64,000 bases of DNA from Bdellovibrio sp. CG22_combo_CG10-13_8_21_14_all_39_27 (GTDB taxonomy: Bacteria > Bdellovibrionota > Bacteriovoracia > Bacteriovoracales > Bacteriovoracaceae): contig PCTW01000038.1 of assembly GCA_002786715.1 (NCBI GenBank), forward strand, positions 206,304 to 270,303, given 5' to 3'. A model generated the notes under the pieces. That model was not told the DNA's origin. It did not search any database and saw only the letters and a list, made by a program, of their open reading frames with translations. Below, in pieces: positions 1-8,248 of this stretch. Each line of letters begins with the position of its first letter. Position 1 is the first letter of the stretch. The translations under genes and the position numbers were made by a program.

Positions 1-135
1 ACTCAAATACAGTGGTTCCGATTTACTGTAAGATAATCCAGTCGGTAAATCTTTATTCAAAAATGTACCTCCCTAAAGAGAATAGGCTCTGCTAAAGATA
101 ATAAATATCATTCAGAAGTAATTAGAGGAGTTCTT

Positions 136-1383
136 ATGACTAAGAAGTTTTACTACAGCAAAGTTGATAAATTATTGATGAATTTTAAAGAAAATCTGAA
201 AGAACAAGTAAACCCACGTGTAACAATTGAAATTGATAATGCCGGTCAGTATGTTGAAACCCACATGATGATAGATCGTCTAACAGTATCATTCTCATAT
301 CCAATTGGAATAGACTGGAAAGATATACCAAAAATTCAGAAGTCAATCTATGGAACAAATCCGAAAGAACTTGATGAATGGGGGGTGCGTTTAACTACCA
401 AAATAAAAGCAGACACTTTAGGAGACCTAGGCTCACTGTATGGATGGTGTGAAATTAATGGGAATCATCTACTAAATGGGCAAAAGGGAAATTGGGGTAG
501 ATCAAATACTGATACGCTAGATGGTAAAAGTAATGTGCTAATAAATCGTCAAGATGCAGGTTATGGCAGGAACTTAAGAAGATTCATTTATAATCGGCTT
601 ATTCCAGAAATAGGAAACTGCTTTAGCAATTCGATTGAGTCAACTCTCGGGCAAGAATTCCCTGTTCCATATGGGGTAACTACTTCTTTCAATCATGTTG
701 AGCATTGTCTAGACATAGTCACTACATTAGTTGGAACGAGGGATTTTATGAGAATGTTCACCTACCTAAGGGATGAATTTCGAATGATTAGTGTGTCTCC
801 TTCGAGCAAAAATGGGATTCTCAAGGGAGCAAAATTTGAGATAGAAAAAGGTAAATATATTGTAATTTATTTTAAATCTATTGATCTAATCAGATTAGAG
901 ATTCGTAATGAAAAAGATTATATTCAGGAAAAAATAAAAAAATATAGAGACATCTTTTTATTTTGCGATGAACTTCAAAAAATTGATACCTCAATATTCA
1001 AAAATACAGTAGTCGAAGCTTCAACATACAGGAGTGAATTAGATGCAGATGAAGCATTTTTGGAGTTAAGAAGTATTATTAAGGAGAGTTACTTTCCATC
1101 TTTTCTCAGAAAGATATGTGAAGGGGATGGTACGTTTGTTGTTAAGTCGAGTAACCAAAATCAATATAGGGAAGTCAGGAGATTGCTAAGGTTAGAGATT
1201 GTTAAAAAGTGGCCGAAACAAGGAACTTATATTTTAAATCAACGTTATAAAGAGTTGATTAAATTGCGCGGGATATCCGCTCGAATTTTGAACCAAAATG
1301 AATTTAAAGAAGCTGAACTTAATACACTATCTGTGTTGAATCCAAAAAGAATTACTAGCGATTTAAAGATTTCAAAAGGTTGA
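136..1383 (+). CDS. Hypothetical island protein, possibly a Rep_trans (MOB_T-like) rolling-circle initiator or relaxase
   Basis: 415-aa ORF with GGAG-type RBS (aggagttcttATG). It has three ordered motifs reminiscent of Rep_trans: IDRLTVSF, VEHCLDI, and IVIYFKS..IRLEIRNEK (compare riYDK..RvElr). The similarity is judged from memory only. Confidence 0.45.
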   Translation: MTKKFYYSKVDKLLMNFKENLKEQVNPRVTIEIDNAGQYVETHMMIDRLTVSFSYPIGIDWKDIPKIQKSIYGTNPKELDEWGVRLTTKIKADTLGDLGSLYGWCEINGNHLLNGQKGNWGRSNTDTLDGKSNVLINRQDAGYGRNLRRFIYNRLIPEIGNCFSNSIESTLGQEFPVPYGVTTSFNHVEHCLDIVTTLVGTRDFMRMFTYLRDEFRMISVSPSSKNGILKGAKFEIEKGKYIVIYFKSIDLIRLEIRNEKDYIQEKIKKYRDIFLFCDELQKIDTSIFKNTVVEASTYRSELDADEAFLELRSIIKESYFPSFLRKICEGDGTFVVKSSNQNQYREVRRLLRLEIVKKWPKQGTYILNQRYKELIKLRGISARILNQNEFKEAELNTLSVLNPKRITSDLKISKG

Positions 1384-1437
1384 TCTATATGCTCCATAAA
1401 AGAAGTGAATTTAATTTTCAGAACAACTTGATCTATA
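1380..1437 (+). repeat. 10-bp direct repeat TTGATCTATA x2 (1380-1389 and 1428-1437) in the gap between the Rep-like ORF and the Zn-ribbon ORF
   Basis: Read directly from the sequence. The two exact copies lie 48 bp apart in an intergenic spacer. Confidence 0.5.
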
Positions 1438-1459
1438 GACTTCTCAAAAGACTCAAGAG

Positions 1460-1708
1460 ATGAAATTCTGTAGTAACCCCAATTGTATTCGCAGGGAAAG
1501 CAAATTAGATTTGTCTTGTTTTTATAAAAAAGCTGGTCGATACGATTCACGCTGCAAAGAGTGCGTTAAAAATTTAAAAATTAAGAACCGTAAAATGAAA
1601 TTAAGGAAAGTACATTCAAAGTTTGAGGTGATATTTGATTATCCAGATCAAAAAGTTTTTGCAAGTGCAATGATGCCTTTAATGTTTGGGAGAGATTTTG
1701 AAGACTGA
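1460..1708 (+). CDS. Small basic zinc-ribbon protein (CxxC...CxxC)
   Basis: CSNPNC ... CKEC followed by a Lys/Arg-rich tail. It overlaps the recombinase start by 23 nt, which is an operon-like arrangement. Confidence 0.4.
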   Translation: MKFCSNPNCIRRESKLDLSCFYKKAGRYDSRCKECVKNLKIKNRKMKLRKVHSKFEVIFDYPDQKVFASAMMPLMFGRDFED

Positions 1709-3335
1709 AAAATTTGTACCATGTGTAATATACGGTAGAAGTTCAGACGATGAAACAATGTCTAAGGATCACAATTCGACTGAACAACAGCTTTACATTT
1801 GCAAAGGACTCGTTGAAATTGTAAGTCTTAAAAAGGGAGCAGAGTATCGAGTAATAGAAGAATTAATTGAAAATGATGCAATCAGCGGAGCAACGAAAAA
1901 ACGTCCAAAATATCAAGTTATGATTTCCTTAATAAGGCAGGGAAGAGTTAGAGCGATCTTTGCAAAAGAACTATCTCGCCTAAGTCGCAACATGGGAGAT
2001 TTTTGTGAGTTGATTTCTCTTTGCAAAGAAATGAATACTTCAATTTATATGAGAAATATAGAATATGAGTGTGGAAACGTCTTTGCTGAGATGATGGTTA
2101 AGCAATTAGCCGTTTTTAGTGAATTCGAGAGAAATATCAATATTGATAGAACTAAATCGAGCATTAGATCTCGAATGAAAAATAATGCAATCATTCATGG
2201 TGGTCCAGTTATTCTTGGTTTTAAAAAAGATGAAGAAAAAGTTGGAACTTGGATACCTTTTCAAAAAGAAATTGATCAAGTTGTGTTCATATTCCAGCTT
2301 TTTCTTGAGCTTTCCACTTATGCAAGTGTTTGCAGGAAACTTAATGAAATGGGAATAAAAACAAAAACCAATCGAAAATTTACTAAAGAATCATTGAAGA
2401 GAATTCTTACAAATACAAAATATATTGGAAAGATGCGAGTAACAAAAGATAAAGGGGATAATTCTCCAGATGTATTTGTTGATTTACCGTTTGGGGAAAT
2501 AATTACTGAAGAGATATTTAGAGATGTTCAAAATAAAATTCATGATATTGAACAAAATCGCGGTAGATATAATCGTACAGGTAAGAGAGTTTATCCCCTG
2601 ACAGGATTATTAAAGTACGAAGATGGTTCATCTTTTACCGGAGAGGTGGGCGGAAAGAAAAAGCTCTATTATTATAATCAAAAACATAGAAAGAGAGTTG
2701 ATGCACTTTCAATTGAAAATGCAGTCCTTATGTCGTTCAATTATTTTAGTGATGATCAAAAAATGGCAGCTTACGTTCGAGAACTTAGAAAGGGTCATAA
2801 TACTCGCTTGGAATTAGTTTCTTCTCAAATTATTGACGTCCAAAAAGAGATAGATAGCTTAGATGGTGAAATTGATGGATATCTAAAAAGTTTGTCCATC
2901 ATGAATTCAAAACACGTAGGTATTGAGACAATTGAAATTTTAGGTCGTCGAATTTCAAGATGCAAAGAGCTTCAAGATGAGAAAAAAAATATCCTTGAAC
3001 AGCTTGTTGAGAATCGAGAACTGGTAAAGTTAGAGTCGATTGAATACATGCCACTTGCTAAAACGATGGAAATTATTTTCTCTAAACTTAGGAGCGCAGA
3101 CAACGAAGTAAAGAGAGGGATTTTAAGAAACGTGTGTCGCGAGATTATTCTCCTAAAAAATAATCAAATAAGAATTGAGTGGTCAGCTAAGTCTTGTGGT
3201 TCTGGAGGACAAGACTTAGCTTTAAGGGATAAATGGGGTGGCCGATGGGGCTCGAACCCACGACAACCAGAATCACAATCTGGCGCTCTACCAACTGAAC
3301 TACGGCCACCATATTCACAAGAACTGAATTTATAA
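1686..3335 (+). CDS. Large serine recombinase (resolvase/invertase N-domain, recombinase domain, coiled-coil). The 3' end is uncertain because the ORF runs through the tRNA-His antisense.
   Basis: The N-terminal VIYGRSSDD carries the catalytic Ser context. KELSRLSRN and FSEFERN resolvase-type motifs are present, followed by a recombinase-domain-like stretch (ILGFKKD...TKESLKRILTNTKYIGK) and a coiled-coil. The last ~35 codons (WGGRWGSNPRQPESQSGALPTELRPPY) are the antisense translation of the tRNA. Confidence 0.8.
   Translation: MGEILKTEKFVPCVIYGRSSDDETMSKDHNSTEQQLYICKGLVEIVSLKKGAEYRVIEELIENDAISGATKKRPKYQVMISLIRQGRVRAIFAKELSRLSRNMGDFCELISLCKEMNTSIYMRNIEYECGNVFAEMMVKQLAVFSEFERNINIDRTKSSIRSRMKNNAIIHGGPVILGFKKDEEKVGTWIPFQKEIDQVVFIFQLFLELSTYASVCRKLNEMGIKTKTNRKFTKESLKRILTNTKYIGKMRVTKDKGDNSPDVFVDLPFGEIITEEIFRDVQNKIHDIEQNRGRYNRTGKRVYPLTGLLKYEDGSSFTGEVGGKKKLYYYNQKHRKRVDALSIENAVLMSFNYFSDDQKMAAYVRELRKGHNTRLELVSSQIIDVQKEIDSLDGEIDGYLKSLSIMNSKHVGIETIEILGRRISRCKELQDEKKNILEQLVENRELVKLESIEYMPLAKTMEIIFSKLRSADNEVKRGILRNVCREIILLKNNQIRIEWSAKSCGSGGQDLALRDKWGGRWGSNPRQPESQSGALPTELRPPYSQELNL
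3185..3221 (-). other. Perfect 13-bp inverted repeat hairpin (AGCTAAGTCTTGT / ACAAGACTTAGCT, 11-nt loop) 13 nt downstream of the tRNA-His 3' end. It may be the tRNA terminator or part of the att region.
   Basis: Arms at 3185-3197 and 3209-3221 were read directly. No clean T-run follows on the minus strand, so the terminator assignment is tentative. Confidence 0.35.
3234..3310 (-). tRNA. tRNA-His (anticodon GTG) with encoded G-1, discriminator C73 and encoded CCA
   Basis: The reverse complement is GGTGGCCGTAGTTCAGTTGGTAGAGCGCCAGATTGTGATTCTGGTTGTCGTGGGTTCGAGCCCCATCGGCCACCCCA. It folds by hand into a cloverleaf: acceptor GTGGCCG/CGGCCAC, anticodon stem CCAGA/TCTGG, loop TTGTGAT, T-loop TTCGAGC. 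Confidence 0.92.
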
Positions 3336-3421
3336 ATGAGTTGGAAGTTGTTCGTCAACCATAGTTGCAATGATTTTATGCTGATTGTGCGTGGCGCATG
3401 GGAGAAACCGACTTAAATCCT

Positions 3422-3451
3422 TTGACGGCAAGTTATCGAAATGCCTAAAAT
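3422..3451 (+). promoter_or_regulatory. Sigma-70-like promoter (TTGACG - 18 nt - TAAAAT) upstream of the 3496 gene
   Basis: -35 at 3422-3427 and -10 at 3446-3451, about 45 nt upstream of the ATG. Confidence 0.4.
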
Positions 3452-3495
3452 TAAGATATTAAATACTAATTTTCTCATTAACCAAGGAAGGGTCA

Positions 3496-4110
3496 ATGAA
3501 ATTTATTAAAGCAATTTTATCTACAAGTGTTCTCATGGCCGTTTCAGGCGCTTTTGCGGCCGGAACTGGTTACTCAACTTATCCTCTCAGCATGGAAAAA
3601 ACACTGATTGGAGCCGAGTTTACTGGCATTACTTCTAATGGCGGTGGTGTTGGTGTTCAGGGTCGTTTTACTCAAAGAGTGAACAGCAAATTTAATTATG
3701 ATGCTGGTATTGGTATTTCTGGTGGTCAACGTTCTTCAAGAATTTTTGCTGGTGCAGATTACGAACTTTTTCCAGATTATGAAAATCAACCAAAAATTTC
3801 GTTGAAATCGACAATTCAAAATTCAAAAGATTTTGATCGTCGCGTGAACTCAGTGAGCCTAGCCCCGACTGTTTCAAAAGGCTTTAGCTTTTGGGGTGAA
3901 GAAGCTTTCCCATTTATCTCGCTTCCTTATGCGATTAATTTGGATAGCCAATCAAGCACATACAATACAAGTTTTAATGTTAACGTCGGTATCACTGGTA
4001 AACTTCCAATCGAAGGCTATAGCAATTTGATTGGTATGCTAGAAGCTACAGTGAGCGTAAAAGACAGTTTTACAGGAATTTTCGCAGGTGTATCTTACCC
4101 TATCAACTAA
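3496..4110 (+). CDS. Small outer-membrane beta-barrel-like protein
   Basis: Signal peptide MKFIKAILSTSVLMAVSGAFA. The sequence is Gly/aromatic-rich with an alternating pattern, and GGAAGG is the RBS. No specific family was recognised. Confidence 0.5.
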   Translation: MKFIKAILSTSVLMAVSGAFAAGTGYSTYPLSMEKTLIGAEFTGITSNGGGVGVQGRFTQRVNSKFNYDAGIGISGGQRSSRIFAGADYELFPDYENQPKISLKSTIQNSKDFDRRVNSVSLAPTVSKGFSFWGEEAFPFISLPYAINLDSQSSTYNTSFNVNVGITGKLPIEGYSNLIGMLEATVSVKDSFTGIFAGVSYPIN

Positions 4111-4141
4111 ACATGTAATAGTGTGCCGTTGTTGATAGTAG

Positions 4142-4180
4142 AAACCGAAGTGTGCCAGAATGGATCACTTCGGTTTTTTT
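4142..4180 (+). terminator. Rho-independent terminator
   Basis: 11-bp stem AAACCGAAGTG/CACTTCGGTTT with a 13-nt loop, then a T7 run. Confidence 0.75.
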
Positions 4181-4192
4181 CGTTTGGGGATT

Positions 4193-4921
4193 ATGAAGCC
4201 AAAAATCATTTTTTCAGATTTTGATGGAACACTAACAGATGGAGTGAAGTTCACTGCTGAGTTCTTACAGGTGGTTGATCTATTGGAAAATAATAATATT
4301 CCAATGGTGATTGTTACTGGTCGCTCAAAATCTTGGGCCCATTTTTTTCTGACTCATTTTCCCAGTCTTAAGGTCGTTATTTCAGAGGGCGGAGGCGTCA
4401 TTAGTCGCGCAGGAGACGACACCATCATTTCTGATGAGCTGATGGTAGAAGTAGATGTGATTGAGAAATTAGGGCATTTTTGCCATAAGCTTCAGGTTCG
4501 TTTTCCCAATCTTCCATTAACAGCTGATTCTTTTGGCCGCCAATGTGACCGCGCCATCGATTTAATCGATCTAAAAAAAATCCCCTCACTTCAAGATGAA
4601 GTGGAACAATTTATGAAAGAAGAAGAAGTGAATTTTTCTGTTTCGAGTGTGCACTTGAATTTTTGGTGTGGAGATATTTCAAAGTTTAAGGCCGTCGATT
4701 ATTACCTTCATCATCTCGGGTTATCTGAAAGCAATTGTCTCTACTTTGGAGATGCTCCCAATGATCAAAGCATGTTCAAACACTTCACTCACAGTGTGGG
4801 CGTGAGTAATATAGAGAAAGTTATAGATCAGCTTACATTTAAACCGAAAGTGGTGCTTAAGGGCGTGGAGAATCGGGGACCCATGGGTGTGCTGGCTTAT
4901 TTAACTGATCTGCTGAAATAA
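4193..4921 (+). CDS. HAD-IIB (Cof/SPP-like) phosphatase
   Basis: Motif I is FSDFDGTL and motif IV is GDAPND. The start was moved from 4160 to the in-frame ATG at 4193, because 4160 lies inside the terminator hairpin and 4193 has a GGGGA RBS. Confidence 0.7.
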   Translation: MKPKIIFSDFDGTLTDGVKFTAEFLQVVDLLENNNIPMVIVTGRSKSWAHFFLTHFPSLKVVISEGGGVISRAGDDTIISDELMVEVDVIEKLGHFCHKLQVRFPNLPLTADSFGRQCDRAIDLIDLKKIPSLQDEVEQFMKEEEVNFSVSSVHLNFWCGDISKFKAVDYYLHHLGLSESNCLYFGDAPNDQSMFKHFTHSVGVSNIEKVIDQLTFKPKVVLKGVENRGPMGVLAYLTDLLK

Positions 4922-5976
4922 TTTTCAATCTTATCTTTGATATCTTGTTCTAACTTTTCAATATTAACGTCTAAGTTTTCTTTCATCCAGTCGGCGAGAT
5001 CGTAGGGGAGATGACTGGTAAAAATTTGGTTTTGGCCTTTATAAGGTAAACAAACCGAAATGGCGTGCAAGGCCTGTCTTGGGATTTGCATAAGATCATG
5101 ATCAGACTCTTCGGCCAGCAAATCCTTAAAGCGTTGAAACATGGGATAGCCACCGAGATAGAGTTTATCTCCCAAAAGAGGAAGCCCGTGAACTTGGGCA
5201 TGAACTCGGATCTGATGTTGGCGACCCGTTTTGGGATAGGCCAAACCCAAGACATAATCTCCTTGTTGATAAAGGATATTAAACTCAGTTTCTGCATGTT
5301 TTCCAAATTCAGAATCTTGGGGAAAGGCTTCAATTATAACTCGGCGAGGTCCTTCGTCTTCACCGCCTAGTCTTTCATTGGCAATAAAGAAATCAAGATT
5401 TTTAAAGTTTTCATTTTTAATCGCAATAAAGAAATAGCACTTACGAACGCGATCATTTTCAAAATGATCTGTCACGGCCGCGGAAGCTTTAGGATTTTTT
5501 CCCAGCATGAGGATGCCTGAAGTTTCACGATCTAAGCGATGAAGGGAATGGATTGTTTTGTCGTGAAGATTTTCAAAGAAAACAGTAGCACAATAGAAAA
5601 GGTGTTTTCCCGTGGGGTGAGTGGTCATGTAGGGAGGTTTGGAGATCACAATAAGATCGTCATCTTCAAAAACAATTTCAGGATCGACGTCAATATCCAG
5701 TTTTTTTCCACGCCAATATTCATCTTCATGAACAGTTCGATGAATTTTCAAAACGACATGATCGAGATGATGAACCGTTGAATTAGGACGATGCTTACCT
5801 GGTCGGCCAATGATTTGAATTTCACCGTCTTTAATTTTTTGCTTAATTTGCTCGCGAGAAAATCCGCCTAAGTGAAGCATGACAAACTGATCGAGCCTCA
5901 TCCCGTGATGGGAGGGCTCGGCTTCATAGGTCGCTTCATAAGTGGTCGAAGTAAATTTTTTGTTAGCAATCGCCAT
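4897..5976 (-). CDS. RluA-family 23S rRNA pseudouridine synthase with N-terminal S4 domain (RluC/RluD-like)
   Basis: HRLDRETSGILMLGK is the catalytic Asp motif. GRQHQIRVH is present, and RLDQFV...IKDGEIQI is the S4-like stretch. Confidence 0.85.
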   Translation of the reverse strand: MAIANKKFTSTTYEATYEAEPSHHGMRLDQFVMLHLGGFSREQIKQKIKDGEIQIIGRPGKHRPNSTVHHLDHVVLKIHRTVHEDEYWRGKKLDIDVDPEIVFEDDDLIVISKPPYMTTHPTGKHLFYCATVFFENLHDKTIHSLHRLDRETSGILMLGKNPKASAAVTDHFENDRVRKCYFFIAIKNENFKNLDFFIANERLGGEDEGPRRVIIEAFPQDSEFGKHAETEFNILYQQGDYVLGLAYPKTGRQHQIRVHAQVHGLPLLGDKLYLGGYPMFQRFKDLLAEESDHDLMQIPRQALHAISVCLPYKGQNQIFTSHLPYDLADWMKENLDVNIEKLEQDIKDKIENYFSRSVK

Positions 5977-5982
5977 GAAACA

Positions 5983-8181
5983 TTAATAGCGCTCTTTAAT
6001 GATCATTTTCAAGAGGGTAAGTGCCCCATTATGCGAATATCCATACTTTTTCTGGATATTAACGAAAAGTTTCTCGAGTTGGGCCCGATTTTCTTTCGAA
6101 AGTGGGGTTTTTGGGGTGCCACTCTTGTCATTGAGCTCGGCCTCATAAAAAACCACGTTCTTGGCAACATTCTCGATCGCTTTCTTTTGCTCCAAGCGAA
6201 AGCTCTCTTTCAAGTTCTTAACCAAGTCTTTAAAGACCTCGGTGTAGACAATCGGCTTACCTGGATTATCGAGTGAGTAGGCACCCAGTTTTGAAAGATG
6301 ATGCGATCTAAACTTATCCGCATCTTCTTTCAATGAAATATTGATTTCGAATTCTTTTACGAAATAACTGTCCACTTCTTCGTAGCGTCCTGTGATTGTA
6401 TTTTTGACTTTCTCTTTTTTAATGATCGCAGTGATATTCTCGATGTAACGGCGGATATAATCCTCGTAAGATCTTTCATCAACCATTCCAAGTGAGTCTC
6501 GAAGCTCTTGATCAAATTGATCGAGGCAATGGGACTTGATGAGATCAATAAAGCGTGCCGGATTATGATAATCTGCCATCGGAGTCATATTTAAGAAATC
6601 ATAATCGTTCTTCTTGGTGATGAGCCTTTGCAGATACTCAATGATTTCATAGAAAGTAATATTCTTATGGCGAGAAGAGAGCTTGTAGATGATATTTTTT
6701 AAATCTCGTGGCGAAATTCCAAATTTACCTTCATAGAGTCCATCATTTTCAAATTCGGTTAAGACCTCTTCATAGCCTTGAAGAATGATCTGACGAGATT
6801 CCATATCAAGCTTTTCGGGAAGACGTTTTTCCGCTAGAAATAAGGCTTTTTCCAAAGGATTCATATTCGTGGCAATTTGAGCGAGTTTCTTATCCTCAAA
6901 GTTTTTTACTTGAGGACAGCGAATTCTAGAAAGGACAGAAAAGAGACAAAGTGCTTCAAGTGAATGAGGTTCAAAAGTAACTTTATCTTTTAAGCCTTCA
7001 ACTTGTTCTTTATAAATTTTCATTTCTTCTTGGAAGTTGAGAAGGTACGGCACTCGGACAAAATTAAACCGTCCCTTAAATGAATTAAAATCTGGGTGCT
7101 GTTTGAAAGCAGCCAGGTGAATTTCGTTTGAAGTACCAAGAAAGAAGACATCAAGCTCTGTTAAAATTCCACCGAGATTAATATTTTTTGTCTCCATCGT
7201 CATGAGGAGATATTTGTAGGTATCAAGTGGTCTCTTCAAAAGGTCCGAGTATTCAAGGACTCCTCGGTTTGAAAGGACAACCTCACCTTGAAGTGAAAAA
7301 AGATTAAGTGATTGAAGCGAAGGTGGAAGAGCACCTAGGCGCTTATCCATAGTAATTTGTTGCATGCGAGCATCAACATGAATTTGAGGTTCAATTGTAA
7401 CGGCCGAAGTTGAGTATCTTTTTGAGATGAAGAAACGCTCAACGCGAATATGCTTTAAGACATCCTGATGCTGACCTTTGTAGTTTTTCAAAAGTGCATC
7501 GTAGATCATACGATTGCGTTTAGAGAGATCTCCTGTATACAAATAGGATTTGCGAACAGAATCAAGCACATCAGGAAAATCCACGAGCATTTCATCAATC
7601 ATCTTTTGACGATATTCCATCGGTATCAACAAAATGGGGTGATCTTTTAGCTCAGAAGGTAAAATAGCACTGATATCTTTGTCTTCTAGGTAGGCAAAGG
7701 TATTAAGATCGCCTTGGGTGGCAACTGACTTTAGGCCGAGTGACCCTTTGATGAAGTTATCAATGGGAAAAACCCAACTAAATGAATAAAGGGCACCGTC
7801 TTCAGACTTTGAGTACTCTTCAGAGCCTTTAATAAATTTTCTTACCATTGATGATTTTGAAGAACCGTTGGGTCCAACCAGCAAAAGGAATTTATTATTA
7901 AAACCTTCTTCCTTGAAATTGATGAGGTTTTGAAGGAGATGTTCTTGAACTCTTTGCTGACCATAGATGGCAGGAGAATCGGTGTGATCCATTTCAAAAA
8001 GTTTATATTCCCCGTTTTCACCACGGCCAAAGAATTGGATCATGTCTAAGAAATATTGATAAGAAGGACGAACTTCGCGACGAGGATTCCTTTGTAGGAC
8101 TTCCATATAGTCTTGAAAAGAAAGAACTTCTTTTTTCCCCTCTTCTTCACGACTTGCTTTATCAATCCAATCCAAAATCAT
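5983..8181 (-). CDS. prkA: PrkA-family serine protein kinase (AAA+ type)
   Basis: Walker A LLVGPNGSSKSS. The length (732 aa) and overall PrkA-like sequence fit (LEYSDLLKRPLDTYKYLL, FFLGTSNE). Confidence 0.88.
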   Translation of the reverse strand: MILDWIDKASREEEGKKEVLSFQDYMEVLQRNPRREVRPSYQYFLDMIQFFGRGENGEYKLFEMDHTDSPAIYGQQRVQEHLLQNLINFKEEGFNNKFLLLVGPNGSSKSSMVRKFIKGSEEYSKSEDGALYSFSWVFPIDNFIKGSLGLKSVATQGDLNTFAYLEDKDISAILPSELKDHPILLIPMEYRQKMIDEMLVDFPDVLDSVRKSYLYTGDLSKRNRMIYDALLKNYKGQHQDVLKHIRVERFFISKRYSTSAVTIEPQIHVDARMQQITMDKRLGALPPSLQSLNLFSLQGEVVLSNRGVLEYSDLLKRPLDTYKYLLMTMETKNINLGGILTELDVFFLGTSNEIHLAAFKQHPDFNSFKGRFNFVRVPYLLNFQEEMKIYKEQVEGLKDKVTFEPHSLEALCLFSVLSRIRCPQVKNFEDKKLAQIATNMNPLEKALFLAEKRLPEKLDMESRQIILQGYEEVLTEFENDGLYEGKFGISPRDLKNIIYKLSSRHKNITFYEIIEYLQRLITKKNDYDFLNMTPMADYHNPARFIDLIKSHCLDQFDQELRDSLGMVDERSYEDYIRRYIENITAIIKKEKVKNTITGRYEEVDSYFVKEFEINISLKEDADKFRSHHLSKLGAYSLDNPGKPIVYTEVFKDLVKNLKESFRLEQKKAIENVAKNVVFYEAELNDKSGTPKTPLSKENRAQLEKLFVNIQKKYGYSHNGALTLLKMIIKERY

Positions 8182-8248
8182 CCTCGACCTCCCGATCTTG
8201 TACCCCTATAATTTTACTCTCGTACAACTGAAGTCGCATTATATTTTC

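Larger units (their letters stand above)
1..3233. mobile_element. Right-hand end of an AT-rich integrated element (IME- or prophage-like) abutting the 3' end of tRNA-His. It continues past the left edge of the window.
   Basis: Spot counts give about 30-33% GC here versus about 40-45% in the core genes to the right. It carries a large serine recombinase, a small CxxC protein and a Rep_trans-like ORF, and it stops at the tRNA-His 3' end. Confidence 0.5.

Noticed and set aside
211-225. parS-like sequence AACCCACGTGTAACA.
   Set aside because: Only the right half resembles the TGTTNCACGTGAAACA consensus and the left half is mismatched. It also lies inside a coding region of the mobile element.
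3164-3370. 68-aa minus-strand ORF overlapping the tRNA.
   Set aside because: It is simply the sense-strand translation of tRNA-His and its flanks (…GRSSVGRAPDCDSGCRGFEPHRPP…), not a protein gene.
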